The notes under the pieces are model-generated. The model had not been told where the DNA came from and did not search any database. It saw only the letters and a list, made by a program, of their open reading frames with translations. This document shows, one piece after another, positions 9,286 to 18,659 of a DNA stretch of 64,000 nt. How positions within the stretch are numbered: the first letter of the stretch is position 1; every line of letters starts with the position of its first letter. Made by a program: the position numbers and the translations under genes. The DNA is taken from the NCBI GenBank assembly GCA_963766735.1, contig CAVYBU010000017.1:197286-261285 (forward strand), in the 5' to 3' direction. Source of the stretch: an uncultured Chloroflexia bacterium. Lineage in GTDB: Bacteria > Chloroflexota > Limnocylindria > Limnocylindrales > CSP1-4.

Positions 9286-9303
9286 GTCGGCCTCCTGCAT
9301 TGG

Positions 9304-9341
9304 ATAGAGCAGAACTCTATTGAATAGAGTGATACTCTATT
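9304..9341. promoter_or_regulatory. Tandem palindromic TetR operators (ATAGAG-N5-CTCTAT x2) overlapping divergent promoters
   Basis: ATAGAG-CAGAA-CTCTAT at 9304-9320 and AATAGAGT-GAT-ACTCTATT at 9323-9341; AT-rich island between the divergent SnoaL and TetR genes. Confidence 0.8.
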
Positions 9342-9344
9342 GAC

Positions 9345-9974
9345 ATGGACGCCGTCAAGCCCCCGACATCGCGGGCGCGGTCCACGCTTCGTGCTGAACG
9401 CGCCCAGGCAACACGCCGCCGGATCGCCGCCGCGGCACGCCGCCTCTTCGCGCGGGACGGGTACGCGGCCACCACGCTCCGCGACGTCGCTACCGAGGCG
9501 GGGGTCGCCGTCCAGACGGTCTACGCGGTCTACGGCTCCAAGGCGGGGATCATGCGTGCGCTTCGCGACCTCGCCACGGATCAGCCCGAGGCCGGTGCCG
9601 CGTTCGCGCAGGCGATGCAGCAGCAGACGGCGGGGGAGAGCCTGGCCCTGTTCGCCCGCTCGATCCGGCTGCGCTGGGAGCTCGCCGGTGACATCGTGAC
9701 GATCCTCGGCGATGCGGCCACGGCGGACGCGGCCATCCACGAAGAGGTGGAGGTGGCGCTCCGCACGCGCCGGGCTGGGGTAGCCAAGTTCGTGACAGCC
9801 ATCCACGACCGCTTCGGCCTGGCGATCGATCCCGAACGGGGGACGGCAATCACGCTCGCGTTGACGATGCCCGAGCTCCATGCCGAGCTCGTTGGCGTCA
9901 GCGGCTGGACGGAGGACGCGTACGAGGCATGGCTTGCCGTGGCGTTGCGCAGAGAGCTGGCCGCGGGCCGGTAG
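9345..9974 (+). CDS. TetR/AcrR family transcriptional regulator
   Basis: HTH: LFARDGYAATTLRDVATEAGVAVQTVYAVYGSK. Confidence 0.9.
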   Translation: MDAVKPPTSRARSTLRAERAQATRRRIAAAARRLFARDGYAATTLRDVATEAGVAVQTVYAVYGSKAGIMRALRDLATDQPEAGAAFAQAMQQQTAGESLALFARSIRLRWELAGDIVTILGDAATADAAIHEEVEVALRTRRAGVAKFVTAIHDRFGLAIDPERGTAITLALTMPELHAELVGVSGWTEDAYEAWLAVALRRELAAGR

Positions 9975-10047
9975 GATTGCGGCCGCGCCGCCCGCGAGCC
10001 CGCTCCGCAGATCGAGCTCGTCCCTGATCGGATCACGAAGGAGACCC

Positions 10048-10749
10048 GTGGCCACGATCGACTTCAGCCGTTTCGACGCCCTCACCTTCGACACCTACGG
10101 CACGCTCATCGACTGGGAGCGCGGCATCCTCAACGCCCTCCAGATCGTCCTCGCAGGCGATGACGTGAGCCTGACCGAGGACGAGCTGCTCGAGCTGTAC
10201 GCCAGGCACGAATCCGAGGTGGAGCGCGGCGTCTACCGTCCGTACCGCGAGGTGCTGGCGGCCTCCGTGCGTCGCCTGTGTGCGGACATCGGCGTCGATC
10301 CCTCCGACGCGGCGGTCGCGGACTTCTCGGCGTCCGTGCCGCAGTGGCCGGCCTTCCCGGACAGCGCCGACGCGCTCCGACGCCTCAAGGGCCGCTACCG
10401 CCTGGGCGTGCTGACGAACTGCGACGACGACCTGTTCGCGGGCTCGAACCGCCGCCTGGGCGTCACCTTCGACTGGATCGTCACGGCCCAGCAGGCCCGT
10501 GGCTACAAGCCGCGCCTCCAGAACTTCGAGCTCATGTTCGCGACGGTCGGCGTCCCGCGCGAGCGGATCCTCCACGTGGCCCAGAGCCTGTTCCACGATC
10601 ACGTGCCGGCCAAGGCGCTCGGCATGACCACGGTCTGGATCGATCGCCGGCACGACCGGCCAGGCTCAGGGGCCACACCACCGGCGGATGCCACCCCGGA
10701 CCTCGTCTGCCCCGACATGCGGACGTTCGCGGACATCGCGCTAGCCTGA
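10048..10749 (+). CDS. HAD-superfamily haloacid dehalogenase type II-like hydrolase
   Basis: FDTYGTLIDWE, LTNCD, YKP, HVAQSLFHD; AGGAG RBS before GTG 10048. Confidence 0.88.
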   Translation: MATIDFSRFDALTFDTYGTLIDWERGILNALQIVLAGDDVSLTEDELLELYARHESEVERGVYRPYREVLAASVRRLCADIGVDPSDAAVADFSASVPQWPAFPDSADALRRLKGRYRLGVLTNCDDDLFAGSNRRLGVTFDWIVTAQQARGYKPRLQNFELMFATVGVPRERILHVAQSLFHDHVPAKALGMTTVWIDRRHDRPGSGATPPADATPDLVCPDMRTFADIALA

Positions 10750-10775
10750 CGCTCTCGTACAGGAGGAACCCTGCC

Positions 10776-11234
10776 ATGAAGGACACGAAGGATTCGGCCA
10801 AGGCGACTGATGGCTTCACCGCCGAGGAGCGGGAGGCGATGCAGGAGCGCGCCCGGGAGGCCAAGGCCGATGCACGACGCCGCTCGGCGAAGAAGGGTGA
10901 CGCTGACGGGCTGACCGACCTGCTCGCGAAGATCGCCGAGATGCCGGAGCCGGACCGCTCGCTGGCGGAGCGGGTCCACGCAATCGTGATGGCCGCCGCG
11001 CCCGATCTCCAGCCGAAGACCTGGTACGGGATGCCTGCCTACTCCAAGGACGGCAGGAACATCTGCTTCTTCCAGGCTGCCGCGAAGTTCAAGGTCCGGT
11101 ACGCGACGTTCGGCTTCCAGCCCGACGCGAAGGTCGACGACGGCTCTATGTGGCCGGTCGCCTACGCCCTGACGGAGCTGGCCGCCGACACGGAGGCAAG
11201 GATCACCGACCTCGTGAAGAAGGCGGTGGGCTGA
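10776..11234 (+). CDS. DUF1801 (YdhG-like) protein
   Basis: GFTAEEREAMQERARE...PKTWYGMPAY...CFFQAAAKFKVRYATFGF; AGGAGG RBS. Confidence 0.8.
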   Translation: MKDTKDSAKATDGFTAEEREAMQERAREAKADARRRSAKKGDADGLTDLLAKIAEMPEPDRSLAERVHAIVMAAAPDLQPKTWYGMPAYSKDGRNICFFQAAAKFKVRYATFGFQPDAKVDDGSMWPVAYALTELAADTEARITDLVKKAVG

Positions 11235-11293
11235 GCTGGAATGCACTTCCGGTCGGCGGGCGCGACTCCAGCCGCTCGCGCTCCCGCCGGGGA

Positions 11294-12740
11294 TCAGCGG
11301 CCGGACGCTGCGCGCACGAGGACGCTCGCGACGAGGGGGACGGTGGCCAGGGGCTTGCTGCGTGCCAGTCGCGACGTCGACGAGATCGACCTGGCGGACG
11401 CCGTTGACGATGGAGTCCACGATGATCGCATCGGCGGCGTCAGTCCACTGCGCGTCGATGACCTCGGTCTCGGCCACCTGGACGGGCGATGCTCCGGGCG
11501 CCGCGAGGTCGAGACCAAAGCCCCAGACCTCGGGATCGTTGGCGACCTGAACCAGCAGCCCGTCTGCACCGGCCTGCACGGCGAGGGTGCCGCTGACGGG
11601 CTCGCCGCTCAAGGCGACGGTGGCCGGCGCGCCAAACGTGCCCGACAGCGACCCGTCGGCGAGGGTGAGCTGCGTGACGGACATCTCGGGGGCCCAGGCG
11701 TCTGAGTCCGTCGCGACGAGGATTGAGGCCGGCCCGGTCCACCCGATCGCCCAGGGGTTCGTGACCTGGATCGCACTCACGCCCGTCTCGCCCGTGGCCG
11801 CGTCGACGACAAGCACGGTCCCCCCACAGAGACTCGCGACGCGGGCGGCGTCCGCCGCCCAGGCGACCGGGGCCGTGTACCCGCACAGGTGCTCACGCAT
11901 GGTCCCGCTCGCGCTGTCCCACACAACGAGCACGGGTTCGACAAGCCCGCTCTCGGACGGCATCGCGGTCTGGTGAAAGGCGACGAAGCGCCCATCGCTC
12001 GAGAAGCGGCCGTCAAGCGCCTCCTGGAAGTGGCTGTTGTGCGTCAACTGCGTGACCGTCGAGCCGTCGCTGGCGATCGCGTACAGGTCCATGCACTGGG
12101 AGTTTCCGCTACCGCCGCTCCGGCGACCGAGCGTCACGAGGATCCAGTGGCCGTCACGGGACACGTCACTCACGAGGATCGTGTTCATGCTCCCGGTGAT
12201 GACGGCGATCCTGCGGAACGCGCCATCCTGCACAGCCCACAGCTCGGCGGGCACCGCTCCGCCATCCGGGGACTGCGTGACGTAGGCACCCCGGATGGCG
12301 GGGCCCTGGGCGATCGTGCCCGCCTCTGTCATCGCGCGCGGCATCACCTCGCCGGTGAGGATCCGTGCGGTCTCCGTCGGGCATGGGCCGTCGGGGCTCG
12401 GCAGCGGGATCGGGGTCTCGAGCGACGCATCGGCATCGCTCCCTGTGGGACTCGGCGTCGCGCCGATGCTCGGCACGACCACGGCCGTGTTCGGGCTCCA
12501 GGCCGGTGCCGTCCGCACGTCGTCGGGTCGCCCGTCGAGGACGCCTCCGGCACCAAGCGCGGCGCCGCCGAGCAGCAGCAGCGCAGCCGCCGCGAGCAGG
12601 ACGATGGTTCGTCGCCGGGCGGGATGGCGCGGAGGAGCGCCGTCGGCGACCCGGTGCAGTGCCATGTGCAGCGTCTGCGGGGCGGGGGGCAGGTGGGCAT
12701 CGCGGAGGTGGGCGCGCAGGTCGCGCTCCTGATCCGTCAT
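11294..12740 (-). CDS. Putative anti-sigma factor: short N-terminal domain, one TM helix, Pro/Thr linker, TolB/WD40-like beta-propeller (frameshift near 11355)
   Basis: ATGA overlap with the ECF sigma stop; TM IVLLAAAALLLLGG; repeats such as FSSDGRFVAF and SRDGHWILV. The likely C-terminus PLATVPLVASVLVRAASGR* is in another frame. Confidence 0.7.
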
Positions 12741-13312
12741 CGTCGTGTCTCCTCGGACGCATGGGCACGCATCCGTTCCAGCGCGCGGTGCAGCCGCGAG
12801 CGGACCGTTCCTCCGGGGATGCCCAGGCGGTCCGCGACGGACTCGAGCGTGAGATCGGCCCAGTAGTGGAGGACCACGATCGCCTTCTCGTCCGGCGGAA
12901 GGGTGGCGAGCGGCGCGAGGACGGCGTCGCGAGCCAGCACCGAGGCGAAGGGGTCGTCGATCGATGGATCTGCTGACCCCTCGATGGGGATGAACCTGAC
13001 AACCTTCCGGCGCCGGAGCTGGTCGCGGCAGCCGTTCACGAGAATCCGGTCGAACCAGGCCCCGAATGCCTCGTCCTCCCGGAGCGAGGCGAGCGAACGC
13101 CACGCCGTGGCGAGCGCGTCCTGCACCGCATCCTCGGCCTCATGGGCGTTGCCGAGGATCAGCCCCGCGATCCGGTACGCACGGTCGAGCCGCGGCTCCG
13201 CGAGGCGCAGGAACCGGTCACGGGGCGCGTCTGCCTGGGTTGGCACGAGCACGTCGGCGGACGCCGGCGGTTGCGGGACGGTGGTCGCTCTTTCGGGCAT
13301 CACAACCATCAT
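12737..13312 (-). CDS. ECF (sigma-70 group 4) RNA polymerase sigma factor
   Basis: Region 2 AEDAVQDA...FGAWFDRILVN and region 4 VADRLGIPGGTVRSRLHRA; start could be 13312, 13309 or 13300. Confidence 0.9.
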   Translation of the reverse strand: MMVVMPERATTVPQPPASADVLVPTQADAPRDRFLRLAEPRLDRAYRIAGLILGNAHEAEDAVQDALATAWRSLASLREDEAFGAWFDRILVNGCRDQLRRRKVVRFIPIEGSADPSIDDPFASVLARDAVLAPLATLPPDEKAIVVLHYWADLTLESVADRLGIPGGTVRSRLHRALERMRAHASEETRR

Positions 13313-13339
13313 GACGAGCGGGACGCAGAAACAGTTCTC
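13313..13339 (-). promoter_or_regulatory. ECF-type promoter (GAAC-N17-CGTC) just upstream of the sigma gene; likely autoregulatory
   Basis: Minus strand reads GAGAAC-tgtttctgcgtcccgct-CGTC-ATGATG, matching the general ECF AAC/CGT consensus. Confidence 0.6.
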
Positions 13340-13423
13340 GCCAGGGAGACGGCGCGTGCCCGCGGTGACGCCCCAGTCGAGCCGGGTCATCACCACACGG
13401 GCGCGATCGGGCTCGGCCACGCC

Positions 13424-14563
13424 TCAGCCGCCGAGGAGGTGCACCTCGACGCCGTCGGTCGGCAGCTCGGACCACCAGTGGGCGAACCGGCCCTGGAAGA
13501 TGACGGGCTCACGCCCGGCCACGAACGCACGCAGGCTCCTCGCCTCGGTCTCGAGCCCTGCCAAGGCGTTGTCGTCAAGCGCGCGGAACGCGGTGACCTC
13601 GATGCCGGCGTCGGTCGGGCGCCACACGCCCGCCACGTGGCCATCGACGAGGATTGTCGGTAGCACGTCGCCGTTCCTGCGCATGACCAGCGATCGGAAC
13701 GCGGGCGGGATGATCCGGCTTCGATCCGCGTAGGCGAGCAGCGTGCTGTCCCACATCGGCAGGAGGCGTGGGGGCGCGGGCATGTCCTCGGGCGGCAGCG
13801 GGCCACCGGGGACGTCGTAGAGGCGCTCGCCGTTCGGCCCGTCGTAGTGCACGAGCGCGTCACCGAGGGCTGTCAGGGCGGCCTGCACGGGCGGTCGATA
13901 GATCGTTCCGAACTGCGCGATGTCCCGCAGGGACGCCGGCCCGAAGCCCTCGAGGTACCGGACGACGAGTGCCCGCGTCGAAGCGGCTACATCGCGCGGA
14001 CGTGCCTGGTCGATGGCGCCCACATATGACGGCTTCGACCCGAACGACCATGGGCCGCCGGTCGCGGCATGGACAAACGGCCCGCACTGCCGAAGCGCCC
14101 ACCACACGCGCGGCTTCGGGGTTCCGAAGCGCGCTTCGAGCCATGCCTCGACCTCGCGGTTGACCCGGGGCGAGGACGTGAACTCGAGCAAGTCCGGGAC
14201 GAGCGCATCCGTGTCGGGGATCGAGACGCCCTCGTTCTCGAACCGCCGATCGTGGAGCCGCGCGGCACGCAGGGTGTGCTGCATCGCCTCGTGGAAGGGC
14301 GGGTAGTCGCCCGCCGTCACGGCGTGCAGCGTGATCCGCATCAGCTGGGCCTTGACGATCGCCTGGCTGGCGAACGCGACGTCCAGCTCCGCGGGGTCGA
14401 AGCCGTCTACCCGATTCCAGAGCGCCACGTACGGCGAGGCCGGCTCCTGCGCCTGGAGCGCGACGACGCGCCGAACGGCTTCGACGACGTCGACCGCCTC
14501 GCGCCGCAGCAGCAGCTGCCGGGCGAGGGTTGCCCGGTTGAGCTGACGGGCGGTGAGGCGCAT
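13424..14563 (-). CDS. AlkZ-like (HTH_42 winged-helix) DNA glycosylase
   Basis: LNRATLARQLLL, ALQAQ (QxQ motif), MRITLH, RYLEGFGPAS, LLPMWD, VDGHVAGVW. Confidence 0.85.
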   Translation of the reverse strand: MRLTARQLNRATLARQLLLRREAVDVVEAVRRVVALQAQEPASPYVALWNRVDGFDPAELDVAFASQAIVKAQLMRITLHAVTAGDYPPFHEAMQHTLRAARLHDRRFENEGVSIPDTDALVPDLLEFTSSPRVNREVEAWLEARFGTPKPRVWWALRQCGPFVHAATGGPWSFGSKPSYVGAIDQARPRDVAASTRALVVRYLEGFGPASLRDIAQFGTIYRPPVQAALTALGDALVHYDGPNGERLYDVPGGPLPPEDMPAPPRLLPMWDSTLLAYADRSRIIPPAFRSLVMRRNGDVLPTILVDGHVAGVWRPTDAGIEVTAFRALDDNALAGLETEARSLRAFVAGREPVIFQGRFAHWWSELPTDGVEVHLLGG

Positions 14564-14883
14564 CGAAGCATGCTACCGGCGGGGCTGCAGGTGGCCAACC
14601 GGGTTCGGCGCGTTGCCCGCCGCCCTGCTTCGCCCGATGGACTCCGACGCCGGACCCAGAGCCGTCCCGGGACCGAGCGCGTCGCGCTGGGCCGCATCCG
14701 ACCCGGACGATCGCTCGTCGCCCCGGCCGCGCAGGCTCGTCATTCGGCCCGCGCTCGAACCCGACACACCCGGGATCGCGGCGCTGCTCGCGTCGCGCGA
14801 GGGGATCGCCGACGAGGAGGCCCTGGGCCACGCCAGGCGTGACGTGGCCGATGCCGACACCAGCCGCCCGCCAGTGGTGGTGC

Positions 14884-15528
14884 TCAGTCGGTGTGGCCGG
14901 TCCCGAACTGGCGATCGCCCGCGTCACCCAGGCCGGGAAGGATGTAGCCCTTCTCGTTGAGCTGGCGATCCAGGGCCGCCGTGTAGATGTCGACCTCGGG
15001 GTGCGCCCGGCTGACCGCCTCGACGCCCTCCGGTGCCGCGATCAGGTTGACGAGCTTGATCCGGACCGCGCCCCACTTCTTGAGGACCTCGATCGCCGCC
15101 GTGGCCGAGCCGCCGGTCGCGAGCATCGGGTCCAGGATCAGGCACAGGTCCACGTTCGCGCTGTCGGGGAGCTTGTTGTAGTACTCGACGGGGCGGAGCG
15201 TCTTCTCGTCGCGGAACAGGCCCAGGTGCCAGACCTGTGCCGTGGGCATCAGCTCCAGCGTGGCGTCCACCATGCCCAGGCCGGCGCGCAGGATCGGGAT
15301 CAGGCCGATGCGGTCCGCCAGCTCTTCGGCCGGCATCAGCTCCATCGGGGTCCGGATCTCGATCGGCTGGGTGTGGGCGTCCGCGAGGGCCTCGTAGCCG
15401 AGGAGCCACGAGAGCTCGCGGACGACCTCGCGGAACTTCTTGGGCTCGGTGGCCTCGTCGCGCAGGATGCCGAGCTTGTGGCGCACGGCCGGGTGCTGGG
15501 AGACATGGAGGTTGGGCCAGGTTGCCAC
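14884..15528 (-). CDS. upp: Uracil phosphoribosyltransferase
   Basis: PILRAGLGM, ILDPMLATGGS, GYILPGLGDAGDRQFGT. Confidence 0.95.
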   Translation of the reverse strand: MATWPNLHVSQHPAVRHKLGILRDEATEPKKFREVVRELSWLLGYEALADAHTQPIEIRTPMELMPAEELADRIGLIPILRAGLGMVDATLELMPTAQVWHLGLFRDEKTLRPVEYYNKLPDSANVDLCLILDPMLATGGSATAAIEVLKKWGAVRIKLVNLIAAPEGVEAVSRAHPEVDIYTAALDRQLNEKGYILPGLGDAGDRQFGTGHTD

Positions 15529-15678
15529 GGGATCCCTCGCGCTGTACGGATCGGGCGGGCGGGGCCGACGTCCTGTGGCGCGACCTCCGGATCCAGACAT
15601 GAATGCTAGCGCGCGGCGCGAACCTGCGACGGACCTGTGCGACAGCCCGCGGCCACGCGCGCGGTATGCTCGACCCTG

Positions 15679-16833
15679 ATGGCTGCACGTCCCTCCGCCC
15701 GGACCTCGCGAACCGCCGGCAAACCGGCCGCCCACGCGCGCCATGCCCGCTGGACCGTGCCGCCGGTCCTCGTGCGCGAGACCCGCAACGGCGTGGTGGA
15801 GTCGGTCCACCGCGGGGACATCGTGGAGGTGGATGCTGCCGGGCTGATGCTCCGCGTCATCGGCGATCCGGATCGACTCGTCTTCCTCCGGTCCACGGTC
15901 AAGCCGTTCGGGCTCCTGGCCCTGCTGCGGGCCGACGGCCAGCGGGAGTTCGACCTCTCGGCCGAGGAGATCGCGGTGATGGCGGCCAGCCACTCCGGCG
16001 AGGATGTCCATGTCCGAACGATCCAGGCGATGTATCGCCGGATCGGGGTGCCCCAGGCGATCCTCGCGTGCAGCTCCGACCCGACGCCCCTCGACGCGCT
16101 CACGGCGGCGCGCCTCGCCCGCGACGGAGAGCGGCCGAGCCAGCTGCGGCACATGTGCTCCGGCCAGCATTCGGCCTTCGTGCTTATCGCCAAGCTGGGA
16201 GGCTGGGAGCCGGAGTCGTACTGGCAGCCCGAGCACCCCGCCCAGGAGGCTTACGCCGACGCGGTCTCGGCGATGTTCGGCGTCGCCCGGCCGGCGCTCC
16301 GGACCGGTCTCGACGACTGCGGCGTGCCCACCTACGCCTTCCCGCTGCGCGAGGTCGCGCGGGCATACGCGGCCCTTGCCGATCCCTCCGCGATCCCCGC
16401 GGACGATCGTCGAGCCAACCTCGCCCGTCACCTGGAGGTGGTCCGGGACGCGATGATCGCGCACCCGGAGCTGGTCGCCGGAGCGCGGGACCGCCTCGAC
16501 ACCTCGCTCATGAAGGCCGCCCCGGGCCGCGTGGTCAGCAAGTCCGGGATGGAGGCGCTGCGCGGCATCGGGATCCTGCGCGGACCGCGCGGCAATGGCA
16601 CCGAGGTGGCCGCGTCCGGCATGGCGATCAAGATCGAGGACGGGGACGGCTACGAGCGCGGCACCTGGTCCGCGTCGGTGGAGGCCCTCCGCCAGGCCGG
16701 TGTCCTCGAGGGTCAGGCGCTCCGCGTCCTCGCCCGCTACCACCGCCCGCTGTCCCTCGACCCGCACGGCCGGACCGCGGCCGAAGCCATCGCCGACTTC
16801 GACCTCGCGCCGGTGGGCGAGCTGATCGGCTGA
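15679..16833 (+). CDS. Class 3 (Rhizobium etli-type) L-asparaginase family protein
   Basis: VESVHRG, RSTVKPF, ASHSGE, HMCSGQH, DDCGVP, SKSGMEA, KIEDG. Confidence 0.85.
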   Translation: MAARPSARTSRTAGKPAAHARHARWTVPPVLVRETRNGVVESVHRGDIVEVDAAGLMLRVIGDPDRLVFLRSTVKPFGLLALLRADGQREFDLSAEEIAVMAASHSGEDVHVRTIQAMYRRIGVPQAILACSSDPTPLDALTAARLARDGERPSQLRHMCSGQHSAFVLIAKLGGWEPESYWQPEHPAQEAYADAVSAMFGVARPALRTGLDDCGVPTYAFPLREVARAYAALADPSAIPADDRRANLARHLEVVRDAMIAHPELVAGARDRLDTSLMKAAPGRVVSKSGMEALRGIGILRGPRGNGTEVAASGMAIKIEDGDGYERGTWSASVEALRQAGVLEGQALRVLARYHRPLSLDPHGRTAAEAIADFDLAPVGELIG

Positions 16834-16886
16834 GGGCGGTCCGTGCTGGGCCGTCCGCCACAACCACCACCACGGAGGCGCGTCCC

Positions 16887-17687
16887 TTGCCCTTCGAGGA
16901 TGACCCGTACCGGATGCTGGGGCTGCCGCCGGGCGCGTCGCTGAACGAGATCCGCTCCGCGTATCGGCGGCTGGCGAAGAAGTACCACCCGGACGCCGCG
17001 GGCGATCGGGCGCTGCCGCGCTTCCTCGCGATCCAGACCGCGTACGAGCGCCTGGTGGACGGCGACGGCCGGTTGCGGCGCCCTTTCGACGTGGCGGCTG
17101 GCGACGGCGTCCGGTCAACCGGCGGGCGCGGGTCGACCCAGGAGCCATGGCGAGCCGAAGCATCGCGAGCCCGGGCGTCGCGGGAGGCGTGGCGGGCCAG
17201 GCGGAGGCGGGGCGAGGGCTCGCAATCGGCCGCCGCCGGCGGAGCGGATCACGGGCCGGGTGGGGGAGCGGATCGCGAACCGGGTGCACGGACGAGTCCG
17301 GGCACGAGCGGGGGCCCGGGTCAACCCGGCGGGCGGCGCCCGGGTCGAGAGCACGACCGGCGACACACCCGTCGCGCCACGGCCGGCAGCACCACGTACG
17401 ACGAGGCGGCGGATACCCCGCTCGACCCGGAGTGGGACGGCGGCGAGTGGTACGGGCCGTCCTCGGGTACGTACTGGACGATCAACCCGCGCGAATACGC
17501 GGATCCCCGCAAGCACGGCCCCGAGTACCAGGCCCGGGCCCGCCGCCCCGCTGGTCCCGAGGGAGTCGAAGCGGATGCGGCGACGACGACTGGTGCTGGC
17601 GATCCCACGCAGGTCGCCGAGTCCAATGCTCGCCACCTCGGACCGCGCGGTCTGATTGCCATCCTCCGGCGAGCCGCGTCACGCTGA
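16887..17687 (+). CDS. J-domain (DnaJ-like, class C) protein
   Basis: GGAGG RBS then TTG; DPYRMLGL...IRSAYRRLAKKYHPD...IQTAYERL, followed by a low-complexity tail. Confidence 0.8.
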   Translation: MPFEDDPYRMLGLPPGASLNEIRSAYRRLAKKYHPDAAGDRALPRFLAIQTAYERLVDGDGRLRRPFDVAAGDGVRSTGGRGSTQEPWRAEASRARASREAWRARRRRGEGSQSAAAGGADHGPGGGADREPGARTSPGTSGGPGQPGGRRPGREHDRRHTRRATAGSTTYDEAADTPLDPEWDGGEWYGPSSGTYWTINPREYADPRKHGPEYQARARRPAGPEGVEADAATTTGAGDPTQVAESNARHLGPRGLIAILRRAASR

Positions 17688-17778
17688 CCGCGTGAGCTCG
17701 CGGCGGGAGGGTGGTTGCGATCCCGATCGCCCGATCCCTATCGTTCGCAACGCGCACGACTCGCCGTACACTCGCGGC

Positions 17779-18507
17779 ATGCGCCGCACCGCCGCCGCCG
17801 ACATCTCCGCCGCCGCCCAGGAATACCTCCTCGCCCTGAGGGTGATGGGATCTGACGGGCGCGTCGCCACCAGCGCCCAGCTCGGACGCCATGTCGGCGT
17901 GACGACGCAGGCTGCCAGCGAGATGTGCCGCCGCCTCGCCGCCGATGGTCTCCTGGAGCCCACAACCGGTCGGGGTTTGGTCCTTACCACCGCGGGCCGA
18001 ACCGCCGCCGACGCGATCTACCGCCGCCACGCCCTGCTCGAGTGGCTCCTCACCTCCGTCGTGGGCCTGTCCTGGGCCGAGAGCGATGCCGAGGCCATGC
18101 GCCTCCAGGGTGCCCTCTCCCCGCGCGTCGAGGCGAAGCTGGACGAGCTGCTCGGGCACCCGGAGGTCTGCCCGCACGGCAACCCGATCGACCTCGAGAC
18201 GGCCCGCCGCCGGCCTGACGGCCTGGCGCTGTCGGAGCTCGAGAGCGGGACGAAGGCCACGATCCTGCGGATCACCCAGGAGGCGGAGAAGGACGCAGGG
18301 CTGCTGTCGTACCTCGAGGCCCGAGCGCTCATTCCGGGGACGCACGTTACGGTGCTCGCCCGGTCGGAGTCCCTGGATTCCCTCACGCTCGACGGCCCGC
18401 GGGGGCGCGCAACCCTCGGCCTTCGCCCGGCCTCCCTGATCCGGGTCCTTCCCGGCGAAGCGGATCCGGCCCTGTTCCACCACGTGCCGGCGCCCCTGGG
18501 CGCCTGA
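17779..18507 (+). CDS. DtxR/MntR-family regulator with C-terminal FeoA/SH3-like domain
   Basis: QEYLLAL HTH, LTTAG...RRHALLE, CPHGNPI, LLSYL...L.PG; TACACT -10 six nt upstream of the ATG. Confidence 0.85.
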   Translation: MRRTAAADISAAAQEYLLALRVMGSDGRVATSAQLGRHVGVTTQAASEMCRRLAADGLLEPTTGRGLVLTTAGRTAADAIYRRHALLEWLLTSVVGLSWAESDAEAMRLQGALSPRVEAKLDELLGHPEVCPHGNPIDLETARRRPDGLALSELESGTKATILRITQEAEKDAGLLSYLEARALIPGTHVTVLARSESLDSLTLDGPRGRATLGLRPASLIRVLPGEADPALFHHVPAPLGA

Positions 18508-18659
18508 CCTTCGACCGGCGCCGGGCCGATGCCGTCTGCCTGGCCAGCGACCTTCGACCGGCACCGGACCCGCGCCCGCCTGCCTGGCCGCTGCCGCCCC
18601 TCCTGGCCCGCGCCGCCCCATCCGCCTGACCCGCGCGCGTCGCCAACTACAATCGGGGC

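Noticed and set aside
10599-13103. 834-aa minus-strand ORF
   Set aside because: Only 12740 to ~11355 is real; the extensions overlap the sigma, DUF1801 and HAD genes and arise from high GC plus a frameshift.
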